Positions 1 to 9,548 of a DNA stretch of 40,625 nucleotides are shown in pieces (the stretch's first letter is position 1; each line of letters begins with the position of its first letter). The stretch comes from a virus (taxonomy: Duplodnaviria > Caudoviricetes). The translations under genes were made by a program, and so were the position numbers. The notes under the pieces are model-generated. The model was not told the DNA's origin. It did no database searches and was given only the letters and a program-made list of their open reading frames with translations. The stretch spans positions 1 through 40,625 of IMG/VR virus record IMGVR_UViG_3300049135_000090. One strand, written 5' to 3'.

Positions 1-52
1 GGCCAGGGCCCCGCCATGACGGCGGGCCGGCCTCGGGCGTATAGGGGAGGCG

Positions 53-595
53 ATGATGGCGGCTCGCCCGCTCGAGATTGGCGAAGCCGGCGGATGCGTG
101 GCCGCTGCGGTCACCGCGCACCGGCAGCGCCACGGCTGGGATCAGCGGCACCTCGCCGCCCGGGTCACCGACGCCGGCCGTCCCATGAGCCCGTCCGTCC
201 TCGGCAAGGTCGAGGCCGGCGCCCGCCGGGTGGACGTGGACGACCTAGTGGCTCTCGCCACGGCGCTCGAGGTCGCCCCCGCGCAGCTGCTCCCCGGCGC
301 CGACGCCGGCGCATCCGATCCGTTCGAGGAGGCCGCGGCGCCCGGAGCCGTCCGCCGTCGGGTGCTCGAGGACATCGACGCCCTGGGCGACCTCGAGGCG
401 CTGGACATCACCGCTCCCACGCTGGCGGCCGTCGCCGTACGGCTGGCGCAGGAGATCGACGCGCCCGCGTCGCTCGGCAACTCGCTGCACTCACTGGTCA
501 AGGAGCTGCGCGCCGTTCTCGCCGAGCTGCGGTCCCTTGCACCAGAGGAGCCGGAGGATGACGACGACCTCGACGACCTGGCGTCCCCCGACTGA
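53..595 (+). CDS. Terminase small subunit with N-terminal XRE-type HTH
   Basis: First gene, overlaps terL; RBS GGGGAGG; N-terminal XRE-like HTH (RQRHGWDQRHLA..LGKVEAGARRVDVDDLVALATAL); C-terminal helical region with acidic tail like actinophage TerS. Confidence 0.7.
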   Translation: MMAARPLEIGEAGGCVAAAVTAHRQRHGWDQRHLAARVTDAGRPMSPSVLGKVEAGARRVDVDDLVALATALEVAPAQLLPGADAGASDPFEEAAAPGAVRRRVLEDIDALGDLEALDITAPTLAAVAVRLAQEIDAPASLGNSLHSLVKELRAVLAELRSLAPEEPEDDDDLDDLASPD

Positions 596-2105
596 GTTCG
601 TCGAGCAGTGCCGCGAGCTGTACGGGCTGGACTGCCCGCCGCTGTGGGGAACGCCGCGGCGGCCGGAGCTGCCGACGCTCGGCGGCAAGGTCGCCAAGGT
701 CATGGAGCGGCTCGGGTACACGCCGATGCCGTGGCAGCGGTACGTGTGGGACGTCGCCCTCGAGATCGACCCGGCCACCCGCCGACTGTGGCACCGGGAC
801 GTCGGCCTGTCCGTCCCCCGGCAGCAGGGCAAGACGCAGGGCCTGCTGGCAGTCAAGGTCCACCGTGCGCAGGCGTGGAAGCGACAGCGCATCGTCTACG
901 CCGCGCAGACCCGGAGCATGGCGCGGGAGCGGTGGGAGGACGAGTTCTGGGCGACGATCGAGGCCTCCCGCATCGCGCGCCGGTTCCTGTGTCGCAAGGC
1001 CAACGGCCACGAGGCGATCATCGCCAAGGCGACCAGCTCGAGGATCGGCATCACGTCGAACACCGAGCGCGCTGGCCACGGCCCGCCGCTCGACCTCGGC
1101 GTCATCGATGAGGCGTTCGCCCACGAGGACGACCGGCTCGAACAGGCTTTCAGCCCAGCCATGCTGACGCGCCCCATGGCGCAGCTGTGGTGGGCCTCCG
1201 CGGGCGGCACCGAGAAGTCGGTGTTCCTCAACAAGAAGCGGGAGGCCGGGCGTGCGCTGATCGAGGAGCTGTGGCGTACGGGCGTCCACACGCGGCAGGC
1301 GTACTTCGAGTGGTTCGCTCCGGAGGACATGGCGCGGGATGATCCGGCGACGTGGTGGGCGACGCTGCCGGCGCTTGGGCACACGGTGGACGAGTCGACG
1401 ATCCAGGCCGAGCTCGAGAAGCTGGACCCGGCAGAGTTCGACCGGGCGTATCTCAACCGGACCCGGAAGGCCGAACCGCCCCCTGACCCGAACGTGCCGC
1501 GCGCCAAGTGGCTGAAGATCAGCGAGCCCACGTCGCAACCGGGGGCGGACATCGCTCTGTCAGTGGACGTGTCGCAGGACCGGGGCTCGTCCTCGATCGG
1601 CGTGGCCAGCATCCGCGGCGACGGGCGTGTCCATCTCGAGCTGGTCGACCGTCGGCCGGGTACCGATTGGGTGGTGCCCGCACTGGCGCGGCTCTCGAAG
1701 CTGTGGAAGCCGCTGGTTGTGGCCGTCGCCTCGTCCGGTGCGCCGGCCGGGTCGCTCATCGACGACCTGGTGGCCGCCGGCATCACGGTGCCGGAGACCA
1801 AGGACAAGGACCGGCCGCACCGCGGCCACCTGGTCGTGATGCGGTCGAACGACGTCGTCGAGGCCTGCGGGCAGATGGCGGATGCGATGAACCAGGGCAC
1901 GGCCGTGCACCGGGACCAGGCGCCGCTGACCGCCGCGGTGAACGGCGCCCGCACCCGGCGGGTCGGGGACGCCTGGCAGCTGGACCGCACCAAGTCCCTG
2001 ACCGACGTCAGCCCGTTCGTGGCCGTGACGATCGCCCGCTGGGCGCTGGTCACCCGGGGGCCGCTCGTGCTCGACGACTACGACGTGCTGGATTCGATCT
2101 CCTGA
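558..2105 (+). CDS. terL: Terminase large subunit
   Basis: PWQ motif, Walker A VPRQQGKT, Walker B GVIDEAF, nuclease LSVDVS; start ATG 558 after GAGGAG. Confidence 0.95.
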   Translation: MTTTSTTWRPPTEFVEQCRELYGLDCPPLWGTPRRPELPTLGGKVAKVMERLGYTPMPWQRYVWDVALEIDPATRRLWHRDVGLSVPRQQGKTQGLLAVKVHRAQAWKRQRIVYAAQTRSMARERWEDEFWATIEASRIARRFLCRKANGHEAIIAKATSSRIGITSNTERAGHGPPLDLGVIDEAFAHEDDRLEQAFSPAMLTRPMAQLWWASAGGTEKSVFLNKKREAGRALIEELWRTGVHTRQAYFEWFAPEDMARDDPATWWATLPALGHTVDESTIQAELEKLDPAEFDRAYLNRTRKAEPPPDPNVPRAKWLKISEPTSQPGADIALSVDVSQDRGSSSIGVASIRGDGRVHLELVDRRPGTDWVVPALARLSKLWKPLVVAVASSGAPAGSLIDDLVAAGITVPETKDKDRPHRGHLVVMRSNDVVEACGQMADAMNQGTAVHRDQAPLTAAVNGARTRRVGDAWQLDRTKSLTDVSPFVAVTIARWALVTRGPLVLDDYDVLDSIS

Positions 2106-2117
2106 AAGGACGCAGAG

Positions 2118-2288
2118 GTGCGCGAGCAACTGACGTCATGGCTCGACGTGCTGGGGCTGCTGCTGCTCGCCGCCGGAGCGGGGGCCGGTGCCGGCCGCTA
2201 CATCGGCTGGGCGGGCCTGGCCGTGTCCGGGGCTGTCGTCCTGGTCGGCTCGGTCGTGGCTGCCCGCCGGGGAGGGGGTAGCGGATGA
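2118..2288 (+). CDS. Small two-TM membrane protein between terL and portal (56 aa; not in ORF track)
   Basis: GTG after AAGGA; VREQLTSWLDVLGLLLLAAGAGAGAGRYIGWAGLAVSGAVVLVGSVVAARRGGGSG; ATGA overlap with portal start. Confidence 0.75.
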   Translation: MREQLTSWLDVLGLLLLAAGAGAGAGRYIGWAGLAVSGAVVLVGSVVAARRGGGSG

Positions 2289-3463
2289 GCCTGTTCGCTC
2301 GCCGGTCCGCCCCGGCCGCCACCGCCGACCAGATGATCCCGCAGCGCCCCACCCAGCGGGCCGGGAACGCGACAGTCACACCGGACACCGCGCTGCGGCA
2401 CAGCGCCGTGTGGGCGTGCCTGCGGCTGCGGGCCAACCTGGTGTCCACCATGCCGGTCGACGTGTACCGGCGGGTGGGCGGGATCCAGGTGGAAGTGCCC
2501 AAGCCTCCGGTCCTGGTGAACCCGGGCGGCTCACGGATCGACGACATGATCGAGTGGATGTACTGCACCCAGTTCGACCTGGACCGGTCCGGCAACACGG
2601 TCGGCATCATCACCGCGAAAGACGGACTCGGTTTCCCAGCGCGCATCGAGCTGGTGCCCATTTCCGATGTCACAGTGCGCGTGCGCGGCGGCAAGCTGTC
2701 CAAGTACCGGATCGGGAACGAAGACTTCGACCCGTCGATGATCTGGCATGAGAAGCAGTACCCGCAGTCCGGCCTGCCCGTCGGCCTGAGCCCGGTGGCG
2801 TACGCAGCCTGGTCCATCGGCGAGTACCTCAGCGTTCAGCAGTTCGCGCTGGACTGGTTCGGCAACGGGGCCGTGCCGAGCGCCCACTTGAAGAACACGA
2901 GCAAGACCGTCGACACCAATGCGTCCGAGGAGATCAAACGCCGCTTCAAGGCCGCCACCTCGAACGGGGACCTGTTCGTCACCGGCATGGACTGGGACTA
3001 CAAGATGGTCCAGGCCGAGGCCGCCGGCTCCGACTGGATCGAGGCCAAGCGATACGGCATCGGGGACATCGCCCGGTTCTTCGACTGCCCTGGTGACCTG
3101 ATCGACGCCGCCGTCTCCGGCAGCTCCATCACCTACGCCAACATGACCCAGCGCAACCTGCAGTTCCTCATCACGGCGCTGGGCCCGGCGATCATCCGCC
3201 GGGAGAACGCGCTGTCGAGCCTGACCTCGCGACCACGGTTCGTGAAGCTCAACACCGACGCGCTGCTGCGCATGGACCCGGCCGCCCGGGCCGCGATGCT
3301 CCGCACCCAGATCGAGTCCCGGCAGCTCGCCCCGTCCGAAGCCCGGGAGATCGAGGACCGCCCGCCGTTCACCGAGGAGCAGCTCGCCGAGTTCGACCGC
3401 CTCTTCGGTAAGGGCGCCAGCCCCACACCGCAGACCGTCCCAGGACAAGGAGCGACCCCATGA
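2285..3463 (+). CDS. Portal protein (HK97 family)
   Basis: ALRHSAVWACLRL, GLSPV, F.NGAVPS, IARFF, ITYAN, E.REIEDRPP motifs; position. Confidence 0.95.
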   Translation: MSLFARRSAPAATADQMIPQRPTQRAGNATVTPDTALRHSAVWACLRLRANLVSTMPVDVYRRVGGIQVEVPKPPVLVNPGGSRIDDMIEWMYCTQFDLDRSGNTVGIITAKDGLGFPARIELVPISDVTVRVRGGKLSKYRIGNEDFDPSMIWHEKQYPQSGLPVGLSPVAYAAWSIGEYLSVQQFALDWFGNGAVPSAHLKNTSKTVDTNASEEIKRRFKAATSNGDLFVTGMDWDYKMVQAEAAGSDWIEAKRYGIGDIARFFDCPGDLIDAAVSGSSITYANMTQRNLQFLITALGPAIIRRENALSSLTSRPRFVKLNTDALLRMDPAARAAMLRTQIESRQLAPSEAREIEDRPPFTEEQLAEFDRLFGKGASPTPQTVPGQGATP

Positions 3464-4263
3464 GCATGACCGCCCTGCGTGCGCAGGCCGCCGCCGCGCG
3501 GTCCGCGGCCGCCGGTTCCACCACCATGCCGGTACCCCGCGACCGGCCCGAGTCTCCCGAGGTCCGGTTCTCCTCGCAGCTGCGCGCGAAGAAGGTCGAG
3601 CGCGACGGCCAGGAGTGGTACCAGATCGAGGGCTACGCCTCCGCGTTCGAACAGGGCTACGAGATGTGGGACATGTTCGGGCCCTACACCGAGGTCGTCA
3701 GCCACGGGGCGGCGGACGAGACGCTGGCCGCCGACCCCGAGGTGGTGTTCCGGTTCAACCACGCCGGCACCCCGATGGCCGGCACGAGGAACGGACGGCT
3801 GCAGCTGTGGGCCGACGACGCCGGCCTCGGCCAGCGGGCGTGGGTCAACCCCAAGCGTGCGGACGTGCAGCTGCTCGTCCAGGCGCTCGAGGACGACGAC
3901 GTGCGCGAGCAGTCGTTCATGTTCCGCATCACCTCGGGCCAGTGGTCCCCGGACTACACCGAGTACCGCATCAACTCCTTCGACCTGGACCGCGGCGACG
4001 TCGGCCCCGTCACGTACGGCGCCAACCCGCACACCTCGGTGTCGGCCCGGTCCGGGGAGTTCCTGGCCTCGATCCCCAACCTGCCGCCGATCGTCGCCCG
4101 CGAGGCCTACGCCCGCCTCACCCAACGCGACGATCTCGACCTGCAGCAGCGCGCGGCCGCGCCCGAGACGGCACCGGCCAGGCGCACCGAGGACACGCCC
4201 CGCATGGGGCGCTCGATCTCGATGCTGCGCACCCGGCTCCTCATCAGCGAGAGCGACGACTGA
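3460..4263 (+). CDS. Prohead maturation protease (HK97 family)
   Basis: IEGYASAF, FNH, SFMF, GPVTYGANPHTSV motifs; lies between portal and capsid. Confidence 0.92.
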   Translation: MSMTALRAQAAAARSAAAGSTTMPVPRDRPESPEVRFSSQLRAKKVERDGQEWYQIEGYASAFEQGYEMWDMFGPYTEVVSHGAADETLAADPEVVFRFNHAGTPMAGTRNGRLQLWADDAGLGQRAWVNPKRADVQLLVQALEDDDVREQSFMFRITSGQWSPDYTEYRINSFDLDRGDVGPVTYGANPHTSVSARSGEFLASIPNLPPIVAREAYARLTQRDDLDLQQRAAAPETAPARRTEDTPRMGRSISMLRTRLLISESDD

Positions 4264-4296
4264 GCCGCACCTGATCCACACCTTCCGGCACGTCCT

Positions 4297-4348
4297 CCGG
4301 CAGATCGCCCGGAGGCGGGACCTCGCCATGCCCCGGCAGATCGCCCGG
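4297..4348 (+). repeat. Two 16-bp direct repeats CCGGCAGATCGCCCGG in the capsid leader
   Basis: Identical copies at 4297-4312 and 4333-4348 in the protease-capsid intergenic region. Confidence 0.85.
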
Positions 4349-4404
4349 GGGCGCGGGTCGCGCCGCAGCACACCACATCCACGATCTACCGAAAGGACAT
4401 CGGC

Positions 4405-5826
4405 ATGCCCGCCGGAATTGACGAGCTCATCGCGTCCATCGAGGTCGAGCTCGAGGCAGCGAAGAAGCGGCGCACCAAGTGCGCCAAGGAAGTCGAGCTG
4501 ATCCTGGGCAAGGCCCAGCAGGACGGCCGGTCGAACCTGACCGCCGAGGAGGACGACCGCGTCGCCGAACTGTTCGCCGCACGCGACCAGTCCAAGACCG
4601 ACATCGAGGGCATCGAGCGCAAGCTCGAGAACGCCCAGAAGATCAAGGCCGAGGAGATGGAACGGCAGGCCGAGGCGAAGAACGTGACGCCGACCCAGGC
4701 GCGCCGCCCCGCCTACGACCAGGTCGCCCGCGTCGGCCAGGAAGAGCGCACCTACCGGCGGGACACCGACCCGCACGGCAAGAACTTCCTGATGGACGTC
4801 TCCCGCCAGTTCCTCTACCAGGACGTCGAGGCCGCACACCGGCTGTCCCGGCACATGGCCGAGGAGCGCATCGAGCGCGCCGAGTACCTGCAGCGCGCCA
4901 TCGGCACGTCCGCGTTCGCCGGCCTGACGGTGCCGCAGTACCTCACCGACATGTATGCCCCGGCGACCGCGAACCTGCGGCCGTTCGCGGACGCCTGCAA
5001 CCGGCACCCGCTGCCGGAGAACGGCATGTCGGTGAACATCTCCCGCATCACCACCGCGTCGTCGGCCGCGCTGCAGGCCGCGGAGAACGACGCCGTGTCC
5101 GAGACGAACATGGACGACACCCTGCTCACCATCCCGGTGCAGACGGCGGCCGGCCAGCAGACTGTGTCCCGCCAGGCGATCGACCGCGGCACCGGCATCG
5201 AGGACGTCACGATGCAGGACCTGTTCAACCGGGTCGCCACCGTCCTGGACAACACGCTCCTGAACCAGGCCACCACCGGCCTGAGCGCGATGGCGCAGGC
5301 CACCGCGTACACCGACGCCACCCCCACCGGCGCCGAGCTGTACCCGAAGATCCTGGGCGCTGCCGCCGGCGTCGAGCAGAACCTCCTGGCCATGGGCCGT
5401 CCGTCGCACGCGGTCATGCACTCGCGTCGCTGGTACTGGCTGTCCAGCCAGATGGCATCGGTGTGGCCGATGATCAACTGGTCGAACATTCCGGTGCAGG
5501 CCAGCGGCAAGGCGGACGCCGCATCCTCGTACGCCTCCGGGCCGCGCGGCGTCCTGCCGTGCGGACTCGAGGTCATCGTCGACAACAACGTGGTGACCGG
5601 CACCGGGGCCGGCACCAACGAGGACGAGATCTACGTGGTGCCCCAGTCGGAGTGCCACCTGTGGGAGGACGACAACGCGCCGATGTTCATCCGCGCGGAG
5701 CAGGCCAAGGCAGCCAACCTCGGCGTGCTGCTGGTCGCCTACTCCTACTTCGCCTACACCTTCGGCCGGTACACCAACGGCATGCAGAAGGTCGGCGGTA
5801 CGGGCCTGATCACGCCCGCCTTCTGA
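4405..5826 (+). CDS. Major capsid protein (HK97 fold, N-terminal coiled-coil scaffold/delta domain)
   Basis: Charged helical N-terminus, then GLTVPQYL..AAGQQTVSRQAIDR; RBS GAAAGGA; position. Confidence 0.93.
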   Translation: MPAGIDELIASIEVELEAAKKRRTKCAKEVELILGKAQQDGRSNLTAEEDDRVAELFAARDQSKTDIEGIERKLENAQKIKAEEMERQAEAKNVTPTQARRPAYDQVARVGQEERTYRRDTDPHGKNFLMDVSRQFLYQDVEAAHRLSRHMAEERIERAEYLQRAIGTSAFAGLTVPQYLTDMYAPATANLRPFADACNRHPLPENGMSVNISRITTASSAALQAAENDAVSETNMDDTLLTIPVQTAAGQQTVSRQAIDRGTGIEDVTMQDLFNRVATVLDNTLLNQATTGLSAMAQATAYTDATPTGAELYPKILGAAAGVEQNLLAMGRPSHAVMHSRRWYWLSSQMASVWPMINWSNIPVQASGKADAASSYASGPRGVLPCGLEVIVDNNVVTGTGAGTNEDEIYVVPQSECHLWEDDNAPMFIRAEQAKAANLGVLLVAYSYFAYTFGRYTNGMQKVGGTGLITPAF

Positions 5827-5834
5827 TCCGTGTA

Positions 5835-5872
5835 GCGGCCGGGCCCGTGCACGCCAGCACGGGCCCGGCCGC
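5835..5872 (+). terminator. Stem-loop after capsid gene (terminator or mRNA stabiliser)
   Basis: Perfect 16-bp stem GCGGCCGGGCCCGTGC / GCACGGGCCCGGCCGC with 6-nt loop. Confidence 0.75.
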
Positions 5873-5898
5873 CCGGCTGCCCTTGGGAGGGACAGCAC

Positions 5899-6285
5899 AT
5901 GGCCACACAGCAGGCACTCGGCGGGGACAGGTTCCCCAACTCGGCCACCCTGTCGACCGAGCAGGCAGGCGACGGCGCGTCCACGCACATCGTCGACCGA
6001 GGAGCGGCCGTCGAACGGCCGGCCCTCGTCTCCATCACCACCACGGTGGGCGCAACCCCCACGTGCACGTACGCCCTGGAGGGGAGCGCGGACGGCGCGT
6101 CCTGGTGGGCGGTGCCGCATGCCGACCCGGGCACGCCGGACACCTGGTCCGTCGACACCTTCGCCATCACGACCGCGGGCACGACCCGGCGCATCCTGCA
6201 GCCCGGCCAGCCCTGGCGGTTCCTGCGCATCACGTACTCCGCGAACACCAACGTCACCAACACCACCGAGATCACCGTCTTCTAG
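5899..6285 (+). CDS. Putative head decoration/cement protein
   Basis: Thr-rich beta-type 128 aa protein directly after the capsid; RBS GGGAGG. Confidence 0.55.
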   Translation: MATQQALGGDRFPNSATLSTEQAGDGASTHIVDRGAAVERPALVSITTTVGATPTCTYALEGSADGASWWAVPHADPGTPDTWSVDTFAITTAGTTRRILQPGQPWRFLRITYSANTNVTNTTEITVF

Positions 6286-6301
6286 GGAAGGGACCTCCGT
6301 C

Positions 6302-6595
6302 ATGGCACGGGACGACAACATGATCGCCGCTCTCAAGAGGGAGCGCGCCAGCTACGTGGCACGCGGCATGGACGACCGCGTCGCCCAGGTCGACGAGCAG
6401 CTGGCCCACTACGGACACGAGCCGTCCAAGAAGAGCCAGAAGGACGAGGAGCCGCAGGGCCGGCAGGCGCTCGACGCGCAGCAGCAGAGCACCAGCTCGA
6501 GCGGGTCGAACGACGACAGCAAGGCGCCGGCCAGGAAGACCACGGCCCCGGCGGCGAAGAAGACCGCGGCCGCCCCGGCCGAGAAGAAGGAGTGA
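6302..6595 (+). CDS. Small virion-module protein with Lys/Ala-rich tail
   Basis: MARDDNMIAALKRER..; RBS GGAAGGGA; phage-like codon usage. Confidence 0.7.
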   Translation: MARDDNMIAALKRERASYVARGMDDRVAQVDEQLAHYGHEPSKKSQKDEEPQGRQALDAQQQSTSSSGSNDDSKAPARKTTAPAAKKTAAAPAEKKE

Positions 6596-6601
6596 CCGGG
6601 C

Positions 6602-7198
6602 GTGGCCAATGAGTACGCCGAGGAGGCCACGCTCCGCGAGATGCTCGCCATCGAGGAGGACGACACCACCCGGACCAACCTCCTGCAGCGTGCTCTCACA
6701 TCGGCGTCCCGGTCGGTCGACCTGACGACCGGGCGCCGGTTCTGGCTCGACCCGGTACCCGTCGCACGGACCTACCGTCTGCACGGCCGGATCGCGTGCG
6801 AGCCGGACGGGGACGTCCTCCTGGTCGACGACCTCGGCAGCACGACCGGCCTGATCGTGGAGACCGGCACGCCAGACAACTGGTCGGCCGTCACCGGCTA
6901 CGAGACCGTGCCGGACAACGCGCTCCTCGACGGCCGGCCCATCACCGGCCTGCTCCGTGTCGGCGGCAGCTGGGGCTACGAACGTGGACGCGTGCGGGTC
7001 ACCGGCCGGTTCGGCTGGCCCGCCGTGCCGGACGACATCGCGCAGGCCACCCTCCTGCAGGCCGCCCGGCTCTACAAACGCAAGGACTCACCCGAGGGCG
7101 TGACCGGCTCCGCGGAGTGGGGCGTCGTCCGCCTCTCCCGCCGCGACCCGGACGTCTGGAACCTGCTCGAGCAGTACGTCCTCCCCGGATTCGGATAG
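6602..7198 (+). CDS. Head-to-tail adaptor (gp6-like)
   Basis: YA...L..ASRSVD..TGRRF, GWPAVPDDIAQATLLQAARLYKR, DPDV..LL..Y motifs. Confidence 0.85.
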   Translation: MANEYAEEATLREMLAIEEDDTTRTNLLQRALTSASRSVDLTTGRRFWLDPVPVARTYRLHGRIACEPDGDVLLVDDLGSTTGLIVETGTPDNWSAVTGYETVPDNALLDGRPITGLLRVGGSWGYERGRVRVTGRFGWPAVPDDIAQATLLQAARLYKRKDSPEGVTGSAEWGVVRLSRRDPDVWNLLEQYVLPGFG

Positions 7199-7206
7199 GA
7201 GACGCC

Positions 7207-7425
7207 ATGCGTATCCGCATGCTGTGCGAGATGACCGGCTCCCGCGACGGCGAGCCATGGCCCAAGAAGGGCGAGGAGGCCGACCTGCCCACCGCGGCCG
7301 CCGCCCATCTGATTGCCGCAGGTGTGGCCGAGCAGGTCGAGGACGACGACCCGCCCGGCAAGGGAGAGGACAAGCCGCGCAAGGCACGTACGGGAGGACG
7401 TCGTGCAGCCGTCAGCGATTCGTGA
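7207..7425 (+). CDS. Small hypothetical virion-module protein
   Basis: MRIRML..G.RDGEPWP..GEEADLP..AAHLIAAGVAE; RBS AGGAG. Confidence 0.7.
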   Translation: MRIRMLCEMTGSRDGEPWPKKGEEADLPTAAAAHLIAAGVAEQVEDDDPPGKGEDKPRKARTGGRRAAVSDS

Positions 7426-7852
7426 CGCCCTCGCCGATGCCGCCCGCGCAGTGGTCCTGCCCGACGGCATCGCCAAGTTGACCTGCACCGGGTACGTCCC
7501 GGACGCGATCACCGCGCCGCACTTCTTCCCCGCCGAGTACACCGTCGACTTCGACCGCGCGATGCGCCGCTCCCTCGATGAGCTCGAGTTCACCTGCCGC
7601 GTCCTCGTCTCCCGCGCCGACGACCGTGCAGCGCAGCGGGTCCTCGACGGCCTGCTCGCCGGGGCCGGCCCCGCCTCGCTGAAAGCGGCGATCGAGGCGG
7701 CCCGCGGCGCCCCGGGCGAGTACGCCCTCGGCGGCCTGGCGCACGACCTGCACGTCACGCGCATCCAGGGCTACCGCTGGTACGAGCACGCCGGCAACCA
7801 GTACGTGGGCGCCGAGCTGGTCATCAAGGTCATCGGAGAGGGGAGCGCGTAA
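7403..7852 (+). CDS. Tail terminator / neck protein
   Basis: GTG after GGGAGG; SAIRDALA..YVPD..P..SLKAAIE..LGG; precedes tail tube genes. Confidence 0.7.
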   Translation: MQPSAIRDALADAARAVVLPDGIAKLTCTGYVPDAITAPHFFPAEYTVDFDRAMRRSLDELEFTCRVLVSRADDRAAQRVLDGLLAGAGPASLKAAIEAARGAPGEYALGGLAHDLHVTRIQGYRWYEHAGNQYVGAELVIKVIGEGSA

Positions 7853-8586
7853 TGGCCAAGCACATCCTGCTCGACTGCCGGCTGTTCGCGGTGGGCGCCG
7901 ACCTTTCCGGCGCATCGAACAAGATCGAGCTGTCGTCCGAGCACGAGGACAAGGACTCCACCAACTACCGGTCCGGCGGGTGGAAAGAAGTCATGGCCGG
8001 GCTCGGCTCCGCAGAGATCGCGGGCGAGGGGCAGTGGGAGGCCGGCGACCCGTCGATGGTCGACGACTCCTCCTGGGCCGACCTCGGCGGACTCGGCCCC
8101 TACACGGTGTGCCCGACCGACTCGGTCGTGGCCGCGCTGGCCTACTTCACCAGGGGCATGCGCGCCGACTTCACGTTCGGTGAGGCGGTCGGCGAGATCG
8201 CCCCCTGGTCCGGCAACGTCAAGAGCAGCTGGCCGCTGGTGCGCGGTCAGATCGCCCACCCGCCCGGCACGGCCCGCACCGCGACCGGGTCGGGCACGGC
8301 CCTCGAGCTGGGCGCCGCCGCCACGGGGCAGCGGCTGTACGCCGCGCTGCACGTCCTGTCGGCGTCCGGCACGACACCGTCGATCACCGCGCGTATCGAG
8401 TCCGACGCCGACGGCGCGTTCGCCTCGCCCACCACCCGGCTCACCTTCGATGCGGCGGCCGCGGCCGGCGGGCAGATCCTGCGCACCGACGGCACGGCCA
8501 TCACCGATACGCACTACCGGGTCGCCTGGACCATCTCCGGCACCACCCCGTCGTTCATGTTCGCTGCCTCTCTCGGAATCAGGTGA
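7852..8586 (+). CDS. Tail tube-like protein with extra C-terminal domain
   Basis: N-terminal half aligns by eye with 8593-9003 (DLS..EDKD.T.Y.S.GWKEV..GL.S.E). Confidence 0.7.
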   Translation: MAKHILLDCRLFAVGADLSGASNKIELSSEHEDKDSTNYRSGGWKEVMAGLGSAEIAGEGQWEAGDPSMVDDSSWADLGGLGPYTVCPTDSVVAALAYFTRGMRADFTFGEAVGEIAPWSGNVKSSWPLVRGQIAHPPGTARTATGSGTALELGAAATGQRLYAALHVLSASGTTPSITARIESDADGAFASPTTRLTFDAAAAAGGQILRTDGTAITDTHYRVAWTISGTTPSFMFAASLGIR

Positions 8587-8592
8587 TCCCCC

Positions 8593-9003
8593 ATGGCCAA
8601 GATGGTTCTCCTCGCACAGTTTCTGTCCCTCAACGGGACGGACCTCAGCGAGTACATGCGCAAGTGCGAGGTGTCCGTGGAGGTGGAGGACAAGGACGTC
8701 ACCACCTACGCGAGCCTCGGCTGGAAGGAAGTCCGCGGCGGGCTCAAGTCGGGCGAGCTCGGCATCGAGTTCCTGCAGGACGTGGCCGCCTCGGAGATCG
8801 ACTCGATCATGTGGCCGCTGCTCGGCACCGTCGTGCCGTTCGTGACCCGCCTCGACCAGGCCGCGGCCGGCGCGTCGAACCCGTCCTACTCGGGCAACGT
8901 GCTGATCAAGGGCTGGAACCCGGTCGAGGGATCCGTCGGTGACGAGGCGTCCGTCTCGGTCAGCTACCCGACGTCCGGTGCCGTGACCCGCGCGACGTCC
9001 TAA
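8593..9003 (+). CDS. Major tail tube protein
   Basis: NGTDLS..DVTT..GWKE..GGLK..NPSYSG pattern, 136 aa, position. Confidence 0.8.
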   Translation: MAKMVLLAQFLSLNGTDLSEYMRKCEVSVEVEDKDVTTYASLGWKEVRGGLKSGELGIEFLQDVAASEIDSIMWPLLGTVVPFVTRLDQAAAGASNPSYSGNVLIKGWNPVEGSVGDEASVSVSYPTSGAVTRATS

Positions 9004-9539
9004 TGGCCCGGCGTCGCAACGGCCCTGCCGGACCCGGCTTGCCGTTCGAGCTGGGCGTGGAGTCACACGAGGGACTCGAGGCCCTGGTCCGCGCGATCCG
9101 CGCCGAGGCCGACGGCAAGCAGCTACGCAAGGACCTCGCGAAGAACATGCGCGAGGTCCTCAAGCCCGCAGCCGCCGAGGCCAAGTCCTCAATCATGGGC
9201 ATGTCCTCGGCCGGCCTACGCCCAGGCGGCCCGGCGCTGCGCTCCTCGATCGCCCGGAAGATCCGGCCCGAGGTCAAGCTCGGCGGCCGCTGGTCCGGCG
9301 CCCGCGTTAAGGCCTTCAAAACCAAGAACGTCCGCGGCTTCCCCAACGCCCCGCGCCGCACGAACCGCGCCCGCGGCTGGCGCCACCCGGTGTGGGGAGA
9401 CCGCGACAACTGGGTGACCCAGCACGGCAAGACCGACTGGTTCGACGACGCGTTCACGGGCCGCGAAGGCGAGTACAAGAACGCCGTTCATCAGGCGATG
9501 GAAGACATGGCGCGGCGCATCGCGAACCGAGCCGGATAG
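9003..9539 (+). CDS. HK97 gp10-like tail completion protein
   Basis: Basic protein with LRSSIARKI and WRHPVWG motifs in the tail module. Confidence 0.65.
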   Translation: MARRRNGPAGPGLPFELGVESHEGLEALVRAIRAEADGKQLRKDLAKNMREVLKPAAAEAKSSIMGMSSAGLRPGGPALRSSIARKIRPEVKLGGRWSGARVKAFKTKNVRGFPNAPRRTNRARGWRHPVWGDRDNWVTQHGKTDWFDDAFTGREGEYKNAVHQAMEDMARRIANRAG

Positions 9540-9548
9540 GAGAGACCC

